From Mobula hypostoma (lineage: Eukaryota), in assembly GCF_963921235.1 (NCBI RefSeq), contig NC_086097.1, positions 13,392,001 to 13,456,000 of the forward strand: a stretch of 64,000 nucleotides of DNA, in the 5' to 3' direction. Position numbers and translations under genes: made by a program. The notes under the pieces are model-generated. The model saw nothing but the letters and a program-made list of their open reading frames with translations, did no database searches and was not told where the DNA came from. Below, piece after piece: positions 24,320 through 36,669 of the stretch; position 1 is the stretch's first letter, and each line of letters opens with the position of its first letter.

Positions 24320-25730
24320 GGTTAAAATTGTACAAGATATCAGCGAGGCCTAATTTGAAGTATTGTGTGCAGTTTTGGTCACCTTCCTACAGGAAAGATG
24401 CAAATAAGATTGAAAGAGTACAGAATAAATTCTCAAGGAAGTTGCCAGGACTGGAGGACCTAAGTTATAAGGAAAGATTGAAGTGATTGAACTTTATTTC
24501 CTAGAACATAGAACAATGAGGGGAGATTTGATAGAGGTACAGAAAATTATGCTGGGTATAGACAGGGTAAGTGCTTAGCAGGCTGTTTTTTACTGAGGTT
24601 GGGTGAGACTATAACTGAAGGTCATGGATAAAGGTGAAAGGTGGACTGTTTAGGGGAACATGAGGGGAAAATTCTCCACTCAGAGGGTGGTGAGAGTGTT
24701 GAACAAGCTGCCAACACAAGTGGCGTTTGTGATTTCTATTTCAAGATTTAAGAGAGGTTTCGATAGGTACATGGATGGCGAGGTATGGAGGGCTATGGTC
24801 CTGGTGCAGGTCATTGGAACTGAGCCGTTTAAATGGTTTGGCATGGGCCGAATGGGCTGAAGGGCCTGTTTCTGTGCTGTACGTTTATATGACTCAATGA
24901 CTCTTCTATGACTTGCAGAAGGCAGAGTGGGAATAAAGAGGGGCCTTTTCTGCTGGCTGCTGGTAACTACTGGGGTTCTGCACGGATTGTGTCGGATCTG
25001 CTACTTTTCACCTTATATGTTAATAATTTTCCTGATGACTTTGTGGGCAAGTTTGTGAATGATACAAAGATAAAGATAGTGTTGAGGAAGCAGGAAGTCT
25101 GCAGGAGCACTTGGACAGATTAGGAGAAAAGGTATAGAAATGGCAGGTGGAATATAGTGCAGGGAATTGTATGGTCATGCAATTTGGTAGAAGGAATAAA
25201 GGTATAGGCTATTTTTGAAATAGGAAGCAAATTGAGAAATCAGAAGTGCAACTGGACCTTGGAGACCTAGTGCAGATACGCTCAAGGTTAACGTGCTTGT
25301 TGAGTCAGTATTAAGGAAGGCAAATGCAATATTAGCTGTCCTTTCAAGAGGACTTGAATATAAAACCATGGATGTAATTCTGAAGCTTTATAAGACATTG
25401 GTTAGACTGTAGTTGGAGTATTATGGGCAGTTTCAGGCCACTTACCCGGGAAAAGGATGTGCTGTCGCCGAAGAGGGTCCAGAGAAGATTTACAAGAATG
25501 ATCCCAGAATGAAAGAGTGAATGAAAGGAGCATTTAACAGCTCTGGTCCTGAAGTTCAGATGAAATGGGGGTGGGGGAGGAATTCTCATGGAAATGTTCT
25601 GAATATTGTAAGGTCGAGACAGAATGAACATCCAAAGGGTGTTTCCAACAGTGGGAGGGTGTTGGGTCAAAGGGCACAGCCTCAGACTAGAAGGGCGTCC
25701 CTTTAGAAAAGAGAAGAAAAGGAATTTCTG
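24320..25730 (+). mobile_element. Two adjacent degraded CR1 fragments (24320-24905, 24915-25730)
   Basis: CR1 C-terminal motifs and decayed RT motifs (KFVNDTK). Confidence 0.75.
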
Positions 25731-26158
25731 CACACTGCAAAAATACCAGATTGCACAGGTGGTTCAAAAGCTCAACTCTGAAAGGGAAGTTCCAGGCTAT
25801 TGATTGAAGTGATCATTTACCAGAGAAGTGTGATTAATACAATAGTTTTGTTTGTTTGTTTGTTTTGTTGGCAAGCAGTCACTGCCCTTCACCAACGCCA
25901 TCTTAAACCAGATCTTAAAACTTCCCCTCCACCATCAGATTTATGAATGAACAATGAATCCATCCATGTTACTCACTATTTTTGTTCTTTTTTTACACTA
26001 CTTATGTAGTTAATTTAAAATTTATATATATTTTCTCATTGCAATTTGTAGATTTTTAATGTTATGCATTGCAATGTACTGCTGCCGCAAAACAACGAAT
26101 TTCACGGCATATGCTAGTGATATTAAACCTGATTCTGATTCTGATTCAGAATACACAT

Positions 26159-26243
26159 GGCCTCGGCCCGAAACGTCGACTGTACCTCTTCCTAGAGATG
26201 CCGCCTGGCCTGCTGCGTTCACCAGCAACTTTGATGTGTGTTG
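26159..26243 (+). mobile_element. PLE tail fragment
   Basis: GGCCTCGGCCCGAAACGTCGACTGTACCTCTTCCTAGAGATG, the 3' half of the hammerhead plus the terminus. Confidence 0.8.
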
Positions 26244-26879
26244 TTTATATCCGGATACCTTGATAGGTTGTATAGAAATGCCTTGTGAAGGAAATGGCTC
26301 ACAGCTTAAGCCTCCTGTCACGTACAAATCAAAGATAGCACATACCGAGAAAGTGCTGCATTATCAGAGATGTTCATTTTTCAATGTAATGTAGGAGGGA
26401 GGAAAGTGACCTGGTTCTGCTATTGCTGCTACTTGTTGTGTGTGTGTTTTTTTGTGCTCTGTGTCACTCTGCCAAGGCCGAGGATTGTGGACATGCTAGG
26501 GCCAGCGCCTGAAAGTGTGGCAACACTTGTGGGCTGTTCCTAGCTCACCCTTGAGTACTTTAGTTGTTAATGCAAATGACAGATTTCACTGTACGTTTCG
26601 ATGTATGCATGATAAATAAATTAACATGAATCTTGAATCAAACCAAGGCCCAGTCTGCTCTCTCTTGTGAATATAAAAACCCCATTGGCACTATTTTATA
26701 AAAGAGCATTGATATTATCTTAAGTATCCTGACTAATATCTAACCCCTAACCAGCATATTGTAAATCAGATTAATAGTGCCATTGTTGTTCTGCTTGTAC
26801 CATGGTTGCAGTATGCAAATTAGCTGCCACATTTCAGGAGATCAGAAGCAGGAGCTGGTCACTTGGGTCCTCGTACCAG

Positions 26880-27902
26880 CTCTGCCATTCATATCGAGAC
26901 GACCAGAATATAAAAGCAAGGACGTTATGCAGAGGCTTTATAAGGTATTGGTCAGACGGCATTCGGAGGATTGTGAGCAGTTCTGGTTCCCTATCTAAAG
27001 ATGTGCTGGTATTGGAGAGGGTCCAGAGGAGGTTTACGAGAATGATCTCAGAGATGAAAGGGTTAACATGAAAAAACATTTCAAAGGCTTGTACTCAATG
27101 GAGTTTCCGAAGGATGAGGGGATTCATTCATTCGTTACGTGCCATGTCTTGTGACGTGGGCATTTATGGTCTTTCCATGATAATGATTATTTTTGGCAAA
27201 TTTTTCTGCAGAAATGGTTTGCCATTGCCTTCTTCAGGACAGTATCTCTGCAAGATGGGTGACCCCAGCTATTTTCAATACTCTTCAGAGGTTGTCTGCT
27301 TGGCATCAGTGGTCACATAACCAGAACTTGTGATATACACCAGCTGCTCATACAACCATCCACCACCTACTCCCATGGCTTCATGTGACCTTGATCGGGC
27401 GGGGGGGGGTGATGGGTGGCTAAGTGGGGCTACACTTTGCCCAAGAGTGACCTGCAGGCTAGCAGAGGGAAGGGGCGCCTTGCACCTCATTTGGTAGTGA
27501 CGTAACTCCTCACCGCCAGCCAGCGAGGAGGTATATGATTGAAACCTATTGGATATGGAAAGGCCTACATAGAGCGGAGGTAGAGGAAATACTTGCAGGA
27601 GTGAGATAGTCTATGATCAGACTGCACAGCCTCAGAATACAAGGACATCCCTTTAGAACAGAGAACATTTTTAGCCAGAGGAGGTGAATCTGTGGAATTC
27701 ATTGCCACAAATGCTGTCGAAGTTACTGGGTAAATTTAAAGCAGAGGTTGATAGGTTCTTGATTACTAAGTAATCAAAGGTTATAAGTAGAAGGCAAGAA
27801 AATGGGGTTGAGAGGGTTAATAAATCAGCCATGATGGAATGACAGAGCAGATTTGACAGGCTAAATGGCCTAATTCTCTTCCTATGTCTTCTGGTCTTAT
27901 AA
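26880..27902 (+). mobile_element. CR1 3' fragment interrupted at 27125-27520 by an RTE-tailed SINE-like repeat
   Basis: EYKSKDVMQRLYK and LERVQRRFTRMI. The inserted block is homologous to 125-505. Confidence 0.75.
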
Positions 27903-29424
27903 TCTAAAACTACAACTGATCTGATCATTACCTTAGCTCCCCTTCCCTGTCTTTCATCTATATGTCTTTATTCCCCTGGTTCCCATAACTGTCTTTAGAG
28001 CGACATTGGTGAGCGTCCTTCTTTGGACAAAGACCCACTTACCCTGCACAGGAAGCAGACCTTAATTCGCAGGTATGCACACTTGAGGTCTAAATTCTGT
28101 TTGAGTTCAGTCTTCCCGGGTATTTGCTCTGTGATGCCGACACCGTGGCCCTTGAAGAGTTAAGCGAAAGGTTTTAATCTTAGCTGGTGCACCCAGTAAT
28201 CAATGAAGCCTCACAATAAGCCAATCATGCAAATCTGTGATACTTCCACTGTGATCTTTTTTTAATTATAACACATTCTTTACATCTGTCCCGCTGAATA
28301 TCTTTTAATTGCAATAACACTTCCAGGAGTTTGGGGCACATTTCACTCCCCCCGCCAACAAACCCTCAGCCATTTCTGAAAGTGACTCCGAAGAAACAGA
28401 CTGAACTCACAGCTGGAAATTCGTCAAGGTTCATTTACATTTTTACATGATTAATTTGAATTTAATATCTTAAATCAAAACCTGATTAATTTAAATAAAA
28501 TTTTGATGGTGCCCTAGTTCTAATAAACATCGGAGTAATTAGATTGCACTTAATATGATTTCACCAACCTCCTCCCCCCCATAATTTAAGACCGCCATAC
28601 TTTAGAGCCATGGAATTTGTGTGAAATCTTTAGCGTGAACTCTATGGATCTTCTCTGCTATTACAACAGGATCATGTTAATTGCATTAAAAATGTTGCCA
28701 CAGAGAGCAAGCAGTTTTCAACACAGGCTGGTATATATGAGCAGCAGACATGATTGGCATTTGCCCCTTCAACAAGAAGAATTTTACCTATTCTTCATGT
28801 CCCTTTGGGGTAGATTACTGTGGAAAGTGGGAGAGGATTCATCTTGTAATGAGCAGAAGAGAACGAGGGAGATAGCAAATGGTGGCAACAGGATAGGTCA
28901 TATTCCATGAAAGAGTAAGGAGAAATAAATGCTTTAACTAGAACAGTACAGCAGTACAGCACAGTACAGGCCCTTCAGCCCACAGCACACCTCCTATCAA
29001 GACTGTTAGTATGGGAAATACTATCTTCCCCCAGGTCGTAATACTAATGAGCTCTCTGCCACCACCCAGATCTCATCGTGTATGAAGCACTAGTAGCATT
29101 ACAATGTTTACTTTTTAACGTCTGTCGTAAATGCACTTATAAGGGGTCGTAGAGATCTCCCTACCATCCATTGGGGACACTTATCAGGAGCGTTGCATAC
29201 ATAGGGCCCTAGGTATTATCAAGGATTCTATCATCCATCCAGCATCCTCTTTGACTTTCTAACCATCAGGCAGGAGGCTCCCATGCATAAAAACAAGAAC
29301 GGTCAGGATGGGAAACAGTTTCTTCATTCAGGCCATTAGGTTTCTGAACTCCCTGCCACGTCGGTTTTGAAGGGTCGCCAGTCATACCCTACAATAGTTA
29401 ATTTATGTACTTTACTTTTTTATT

Positions 29425-29793
29425 TGGTGGTGTCTGAAAAGAGGATGCAGTCTAAGTTGCATGCCATCTTGGTCAATGTCTCCCATCCACTACATAATGG
29501 ACTGGTTGGGCACAGGAGTACATTCAGCCAGAGACTCATTCCACCAAGATGCAACACAGAGCGTCATAGGAAGTCATTCCTGCCTGTGACCATCAAACTT
29601 TACAACTCCTCCCTTGGAGGGTCAGACACCCTGAGCCAATAGGCTGGTCCTGAACTTATTTCATAATTTACTGGCATAATTTACATATTACTATTTAACT
29701 ATTTATGGTTCTACTACTATTTATTATTTATGGAGCAACTGTAACGAAAACCAATTTCCCCCAGGATTAATAAAGTATGACTACTATGACTAT
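29425..29793 (+). mobile_element. Rex1-type LINE, short 5'-truncated copy
   Basis: Near-identical to 20155-20520, with AATAAA and a TATGAC tail. Confidence 0.9.
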
Positions 29794-30035
29794 TTAGACA
29801 TATTTCATCTGTGGATTTTATCCTTATTTTCATACATTATTGTGTGTTATGTGTGTGTTGTGTTTACGACTGTGCTTTGCACCCTGGTCCAGAGAAACAT
29901 TATCTCATGACAATATACACGTATATAGTTAAATGACAGTAAACTAGACATGACCTGGCTTGACATTATTATTTGTACATTTAGTTGTGGTAATATTACT
30001 TTATGTGTTGCGTTTATCAATTATATATACTGTGT

Positions 30036-30195
30036 TGTAGAGTCCCACACGGGAGCGACAGTCTCGCTGCAGCCGTCATTGTCACTCCCATGTGGGCCTC
30101 TACAGCCACAACAGACGCTGCTCTAACACAGACTGGAGCAAGACTCTCCAGGCGCAGATCCATGGTCTCACGAGACTAATGGATGCCACTACCAC
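30036..30195 (+). mobile_element. RTE LINE extreme 3' end with 5' fold-back
   Basis: Encodes CSRHCHSHVGLYSHNRRC, an RTE/BovB-type C-terminal Cys/His motif. Inverted repeat at 30036-30060 and 30080-30104. Confidence 0.65.
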
Positions 30196-30589
30196 ACTGT
30201 GCTGTGCATCTTGGTCTGGAGGAATGTTGTTTCCTTCGGCAGTATACATGTGTACAGTTGAATGGCAATAAACTGAACCGGAATGATGTTGTGCTGACCT
30301 TTTCATGTGCTCCAAGATCAATCTCTCCCTCCCCTGCCACATGGCCCTCCACTTTGTTTCCTTCATCTAGGTATGCAGGTACAAGCGAGGAGCTTCCACA
30401 TTTGTTCTCAAACATAGTTAAGGGCCCATGGCTCAGATAACACAGATATCAAAAGGTTAAAAATAGCAGACTGAGAAATTAAAATAAGAAATAGTGATCA
30501 AACAACAGAGGGCGCGACCTTAATGAAAGTAATAGGCTAATAAGATGATTTTCAGACCTGAAATATTAGAAGCACGTGAAAACATTGAA

Positions 30590-31233
30590 GGACAATGCTT
30601 TTGGTACATTGGCCTTTATAAATCAAAGTATTGAGTATAAGAGTTGGAATGTTATGGTGAGGTTGTATAAGGCATTGGTGAGGCCAAATTTGGAGTATTG
30701 TGTTCAGTTTTGTTCACCAAATTACAGGAAGGATATAAATAAGGTTGAAAGAGTGCAGAGAAGGTTTACAAGGATGTTGTCGGGACTTGAGAAACTAAGT
30801 TACAGAGAAAGGTTGAATAGGTTAGGACTTCATTCCCTGGAGCGTAGAAGAATGAGGGGAGATTTGATAGAGGTATATAAAATTATGATGGATATAGTTA
30901 GAGTGAATGCAAGCAGGCTTTTTCCACTGAGGCAAGGGGAGAAAAAAACAGAGGATCTGGGTTAAAGGTGAAGGGGGAAAAGTTTAAAGGGAACATTAGC
31001 GGGGGGGCTTCACACAGAGGGTGGTGGGAGTGTGGAATGAGCTGCCAGATGAAGTGGTAAATGTGGGCTCACTTTTAACATTTAAGAAAAACTTGGACAG
31101 GTACATGGATGAGAGGTGTATGGAGGGATATGGTCCAGGTGCAGGTCAGTAGGACTAGGCAGAAAAATGGTTCGGCACAGCCAAGAAGGGCCAAAAGGCC
31201 AGTTTCTGTGCTGTAATGTTCTATGGTTCTGTG
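30590..31233 (+). mobile_element. CR1 3' end
   Basis: ORF 30576-30965 with LYKALVRPNLEYCVQF; (TTCTATGG)-type tail. Confidence 0.9.
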
Positions 31234-31913
31234 GACAAATAGAACAACATGGCTAGAGCAGTGAATATTGATTTGGATAGTGCAGAGAACTATGATAAAA
31301 TTTGTAATAGAAAGAAATCAGTGAAGGCAGTGGGAAGAGAGGGATGATTGTCACTCATGAATGATGGTAAACATCTGGATTGGATAGCATCCCAACTGGA
31401 TATCACTATCATAATGGGGCAAAACAGTGAATGTTTTGGTCAAAGGCTATTCATGGCAAAATTGGATGATCTCAAAGTCCTTAGGGTTCCATCATGACCC
31501 AGGCAACATTCTACATTTATTGAGGTGAAATTGTGTTGCCTTATATGACTGTTGGGTGTTTATTGGTGTGCCTAAGCCCCATCTGGAGTCTACGACCATG
31601 ACCTTTCCAGATTGATTGGCATCAAGAGAAGTGGTGCTGTTGACTGGTGTAGAGGCAGATGGGGTCTTGGGATTGTTTATTTGAAGTCTAAGAGGGCCTC
31701 AGAGGTAAGAGGAATGGAGGGGTTGTGTTCATGGTCAGGATGAATGGAGTAGATCAGGCTGAGTGATTGAGGGATGAGGGATTATGGTTCCTGGGGCAGA
31801 ATAATTGACTAGAAAGGTAACAGCATCTATGGATGTGGTACGGGTTGGACCTGGGGGAGGCGGGGGGTATAGGAGGGTGAAATGATACTACCAGCAGTTG
31901 AGTTGAGGAGCTA

Positions 31914-32156
31914 AGTGGCCTGTCCAGCTCTTGGCTCCATCTCTCCCCCTCCTGTCTTCTCCTATCATTTTGGATCTCCCCTCCCCCTCCCACTTTCAAA
32001 TCTCTTACTAACTCTTCCTTCAGTTAGTCCTGACGAAGGGTCTTGACCTGAAACATCGACTGTACCTCTTCCTAAAGATTCTACCTGGCCTGCTGCACTC
32101 ACCAGCAACTTTGATGTGCGCTGCTTGAATTTCCAGCATCTGCAGAATTCCTTTTG
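31914..32156 (+). mobile_element. PLE 3' tail fragment
   Basis: Matches 45775-46013. Hammerhead core at about 32025-32062 reads GAAACATC. Confidence 0.85.
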
Positions 32157-33211
32157 TATACGATCAGAAGTCAGTCTCAGATGTCTATTCAAGATTGAGG
32201 GGTAGTTAGTCGGTTTACAGTGGGAGGATTTGTGAAATGGCAACTATGTCAGGAGTTTGGAACTGGGAATCAGGACGGTTTCAGAACTAGGGATTCTACT
32301 GGGAGCCAGAGACTGGGACTTCATGCACTCTCTAAATTGGGAGGAAAACAGAAATGTGGATCAGAGTTTGTAATGGTGATTGGTTCAATTCATTTTCTGG
32401 CCTGGACTCAAGGGCAAGCAGTGAGAGCAATCTCTCATAGGAGTCCATTTTACCATAGGGTTAATAAACCATGGTCATTCCAGTCTGAGAACAGCCCATC
32501 TATTAAGAGTCGCTCTCAGAACAATTCTCTGTCCGATATTCCAAAAGGAATATTACACGTGAAGTGACATCATCAAAGTGAGTGTGAAAGAGAACCTGTC
32601 AAACTACTGGTGAAATGATAAATGTTTAACAAAAATATCTCAATTGCCATTTTGTTGCTCACAATTTAAATTTGGATCCAGTTGTGCAGAAAAATAGAAC
32701 AAAACCAATCTAATTTCTAAACTTTAGTCCAAAAAATAAAGATTAGGTTCTCCACATACATTCACAAATGATCATGAACAGCCCCTTGAAGAATAGATCA
32801 TAAGGAATAAATCATGAAGGGCCTTGAGCTTATTCTGCCACTCAGTGTGACTATGGACATCATAATCTTGGCTTCAAACTTCCTGCCCTTTCCCCTTGAT
32901 TTTTGATTCAAAGATCTATCCATCCCTACCCTGGACATATTCAGTGAAGCTGATTCTACCACACATCCACCCCTGAAGCAAAATCCTCTACTCATTAAGC
33001 AAGGTTATAGAATTAAAGAACACTGCAGAATAGAAACAGGACCTTTGGCCCATCTAATTAGTGCCAAACTATTATTCTACCAGCTCTCATTAACCTGCAT
33101 CTGGACCTTAGCCCTCCATAAATCTTCCATCCAGGTACTATCCAAACATCTACTAAATGTTTGAATAAAATCTACATCTACCACTCCCACTGGCAACTTG
33201 TTCCATACTCA

Positions 33212-34360
33212 AGCAACACACATCAAAGTTGCTGGTGAACGCAGCAGGCCAGGCAGCATCTCTAGGAAGAGGTACAGTCGACGTTTCAGGCCGAGGCCCT
33301 TCGTCAGGACTAACTGAAGGAAGGGTTAGTAAGAGATTTGAAAGTGGGAGGGGGAGGGGGAGATCCAAAATAATAGGAGAAGACAGGAGGGGGAGGGATG
33401 GAGCCAAGAGCTGGACAGGTGATTGGCAAAAGGGATATGAGAGGATCATGGGACAGGAAGTCCGGGAAGAAAGACGGGGGGGGGGGGGAACCAGAGGATG
33501 GGCAAGGGGTATAGTCAGAGGGACAGAGGGAGAAAAAGGAGAGTGAGAGAAAGAATGTGTGTATAAAAATAAATAACAGATGGGGTACGAGGGGGAGGTG
33601 GGGCATTAGCAGAAGTTAGAGAAGTCGATGTTCATGCCACCAGGTTGGAGGCTACCCAGACGGAATATAAGGTGTTGTTCCTCCAACCTGAGTGTGGCTT
33701 CATCTTTACAGTAGAGGAGGCCGTGGATAGACATGTCAGAATGGGAATGGGATGTGGAATTAAAATGTGTGGCCACTGGGAGATACTGCTTTCTCTGGCG
33801 GACAGAGCGTAGGTGTTCAGCAAAGCGGTCTCCCAGTCTGCGTCGGGTCTTGCCAATATATAGAAGCCCACATCGGGAGCACCGGACGCAGTATATCACC
33901 CCAGCCGACTCACAGGTGAAGTTTCGCCTCACCTGGAAGGACTGTTTGGGGCCCTGAATGGTGGTAAGGGAGGAAGTGTAAGGGCATGTGTAGCACTTGT
34001 TCCACTTACAAAGATAAGTGCCAGGAGGGAGATCAGTGGGGAGGGATGGGGGGGACGAATGGACAAGGGAGTTGTGTAGGGAGCGATCCCTGCAGAAAGC
34101 AGAGAGAGGTGGGGAGGGAAAGATGTGCTTAGTGGTGGGATCCCGTTGGAGGTGGCGGAAGTTACAGAGAATAATATGTTGGACCCGGAGGCTGGTGGAG
34201 TGGTAGGTGAGGACCAGGGGAACCCTATTCCTAGTGGGGTGGCGGGAGGATGGAGTGAGAGCAGATGTACGTGAAATGGGGGAGATGTGTTTGAGAGCAG
34301 AGTTGATAGTGGAGGAAGGGAAGCCCCTTTCTTTAAAAAAGGAGGACATCTCCCTCATCC
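33212..34360 (-). mobile_element. 5'-truncated Penelope-like element, GIY-YIG ORF 33606-about 34355
   Basis: C..KCYTC linker, VIYCVRCSRCGLLYIGKT..R..EH..HF..E..N GIY-YIG motifs, hammerhead in the 3' region, and short TSD TACTCA at 33206-33211 and 34361-34366. Confidence 0.92.
33275..33312 (-). ncRNA. Minimal type I hammerhead ribozyme
   Basis: Minus strand: TAGTC CTGACGA AGG-GCCTCGG-CCT GAAA C GTC GACTG. Confidence 0.8.
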
Positions 34361-34719
34361 TACTCACACCACCTCTGAGTGAAGAAATTCCCCCTTATGT
34401 CTCCTTAAACATTTCACCTTTCACCCGTAACCTATGAAGTCTTGTTCTAGTATCACTTAGCCTCAGTGAAAGAAGCCAGCTTGCATTTACCCACCAGTAC
34501 ATATTAGGCTCCTGTACATCTATGAGTAATCCTGTACTCAATACTTCGATTTATAGAGGTCAATGTGCCAGAATCTCTCTTTATGACTCTGTCTACCTGT
34601 AATGCCAATTAGGTTTACATTAATTTGGTAAGTAAATGGAAACTTGGGGCCTAAATATGAAGAGAGAATAGTTAAACTAGAAATAAAACATGTTTCAGGT
34701 GAGCTGGTGTTTATAAAAG

Positions 34720-35240
34720 ACAGAAATAGAAAGGTCCAACACAGAAACAGGTCCTTCAACCCATAATGTCTCCACTGACCATGATCCCAGTTTAAGCTGT
34801 CTGAGTCTATCCATATCCCTCCATTCCTTACCTGATCATGTGTCTGTATAAATTCCTCTTAAATGTTGCTATCATATCTACGTCCACTATTTTCACTGGC
34901 AGGCCACTTCCAGGCACCTTTTGCTCTCTCTGTAAAAGCTTTTAGTGTTTACTATTTCCATCAAGGGGCGGGGGGGGGGAACTCTGACTCTCTATCCTGT
35001 CTATGCCTTTTGTATTTCTATCGAATTCTACCAGGTCACCCCCCGCAACCCTCCGATGCTCTGGAGAAAACAATCCAAATTGAGGCAACATCTCCACAGA
35101 GCAAATACATTTCAAACTAGGCAACGTCCTGATGTGCCTTTTCTGCATCTTCTGCAAGCCTCCACCCTCCCTGCAATGTGGCAACCAGAGCTGCACACAG
35201 TAGCCCAAATGTAGCCTAACCAAAGATTTGTAAGCTGCGA
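34720..35240 (-). mobile_element. CR1 3' fragment
   Basis: VRLHLGYCVQLWLPH and GDLVEF motifs. Confidence 0.7.
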
Positions 35241-35589
35241 GACGGCAAAGAAAACGCAGCAGGGTAAGGAAGTGATGGGGGTGATGATAGCCACAGTATT
35301 ATCAAGACGTATACAAACTTGTAGGACGATGAATACGTGGAAGCAGAATAAGCGAAAAATAAAACTAAGAGCTTTTTACCTGAAAGCACACTATATTCAC
35401 AAGATAAATGAGCAAATGTCACAAATGGAGATAATGGGTACGATCTGATAACTGTTATGGTGACATGGTTCTATGGTGAACAATGCTGGGAACAGGATGT
35501 TAAAGAGAATTTGAACACCTTGAAAGACTATCCAGAGAGGAAAAGAAGTCTGCTATGAGAGTTGGCTCTCTGGGCATGTGACTACTTCA

Positions 35590-35930
35590 ATTGTTGCCAG
35601 ATACCAGGAGCTGGTAGAGCAGTGTCAGAGACTAGACTGGAGGGCATGATGTGAACATATAGAGGTGGGGTGTAGAGGTTTTGCTGGCTGCTCACTTCTC
35701 GGCATCATGGGGCTGCAAAGTAAAGAGCTATCAGAATGATCGCCGAGGCGGCTGAGTGAGCCTATGGATGGTATGGATCAAGAGGTGTGAGGAATGGAGC
35801 AGAGCTGCTGGGACACAGGCCAGAGCCTGCTCAACCGTGGCAGGGTTGCCTTTCGAAAGACCTGAAACACCTGATGACTCCAGGTTACATCACTGATGAT
35901 ATGTCATAGTCCATCCTAGGACGTATCTCA
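35590..35930 (+). mobile_element. HERO-like (restriction-like endonuclease) non-LTR element, 3' end
   Basis: RYQELVEQCQRLDWRA*CEHIEVGCRGFAG...AEAAE*AYGWYGSR resembles the EVGCRGF / AERAS.WLW C-terminus of HERO-clade elements. Confidence 0.65.
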
Positions 35931-36669
35931 ACATAAAGAGAATAAATATGCTGATGATTATGTTTGATGTTCTAAGAGCAAAAGTAATCAAACTCACACC
36001 TTCCTTGATCTCAATTACAATGGTTCAGACATCTTAACTAAAGATGTCTGATGCCTCGTTTAATGTGGGTTAAGTTAGCCCTGTTAGCTGAACGTTTGGG
36101 CAAAATAATGAGAATACCTAATGGTTATGACAGTTTCCAAACCATATCTCTTAAGTGGCTTTCCTCTGTGACTCTACAACCTGCTCTCTACGTAAACAAT
36201 GGTGTCTGTTTGATTACTGATTGCAACAGCAAGTGAGCAGATGTGAGAAGTTTAAGGACTGTAACTGGTTGCTGCCTTCCAGTGTTACCAATAAAAGTTG
36301 CTTAATAAGTCTTTTCAGTTTCAAGATGAGAAACACTGCTTTAAAAATAGTGTCAATGATATTAAAAGTTTTACACTATATCCTCCTACATCATAGAAGG
36401 AGGCTATTCAATCCACTATGTTTAAATTGGCTCTCAGAGTAATTCTGTCAGTCCTACTGCCCTGTTTACTTTCTTTAACCTGTCTTTCGTACATACCCAT
36501 CCACTCTACTCCGATTCCCTTGCCACCCTCCGACACTAGGAGCAGGGACCTAGCTGCTCCTAGTTGTGCTGAAGGGTCATTGACCTGAAATGATAACTCT
36601 GTCTCTTTCTCCTCAATTCTTGCCACACTTATTGGGTATGTCCGTCACTTTCTATTTTTGTTTGACACA

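Larger units (their letters stand above)
33005..34495 (-). mobile_element. CR1 3' end hosting the PLE insertion (33005-33211 plus 34361-34495)
   Basis: TTGTTCCATACTCA joins CACCACCTCTGAGTGAAGAAATTCCCC to give a contiguous CR1 tail. Confidence 0.7.

Noticed and set aside
31430..31910. Possible old LINE fragment
   Set aside because: Too decayed to assign by eye.
33229..33546. Recurrent ORF MLVNAAGQAASLGRG (also near 5214, 45680, 51039, 52213)
   Set aside because: Antisense reading of the PLE 3' tail; it recurs only because the repeat recurs.
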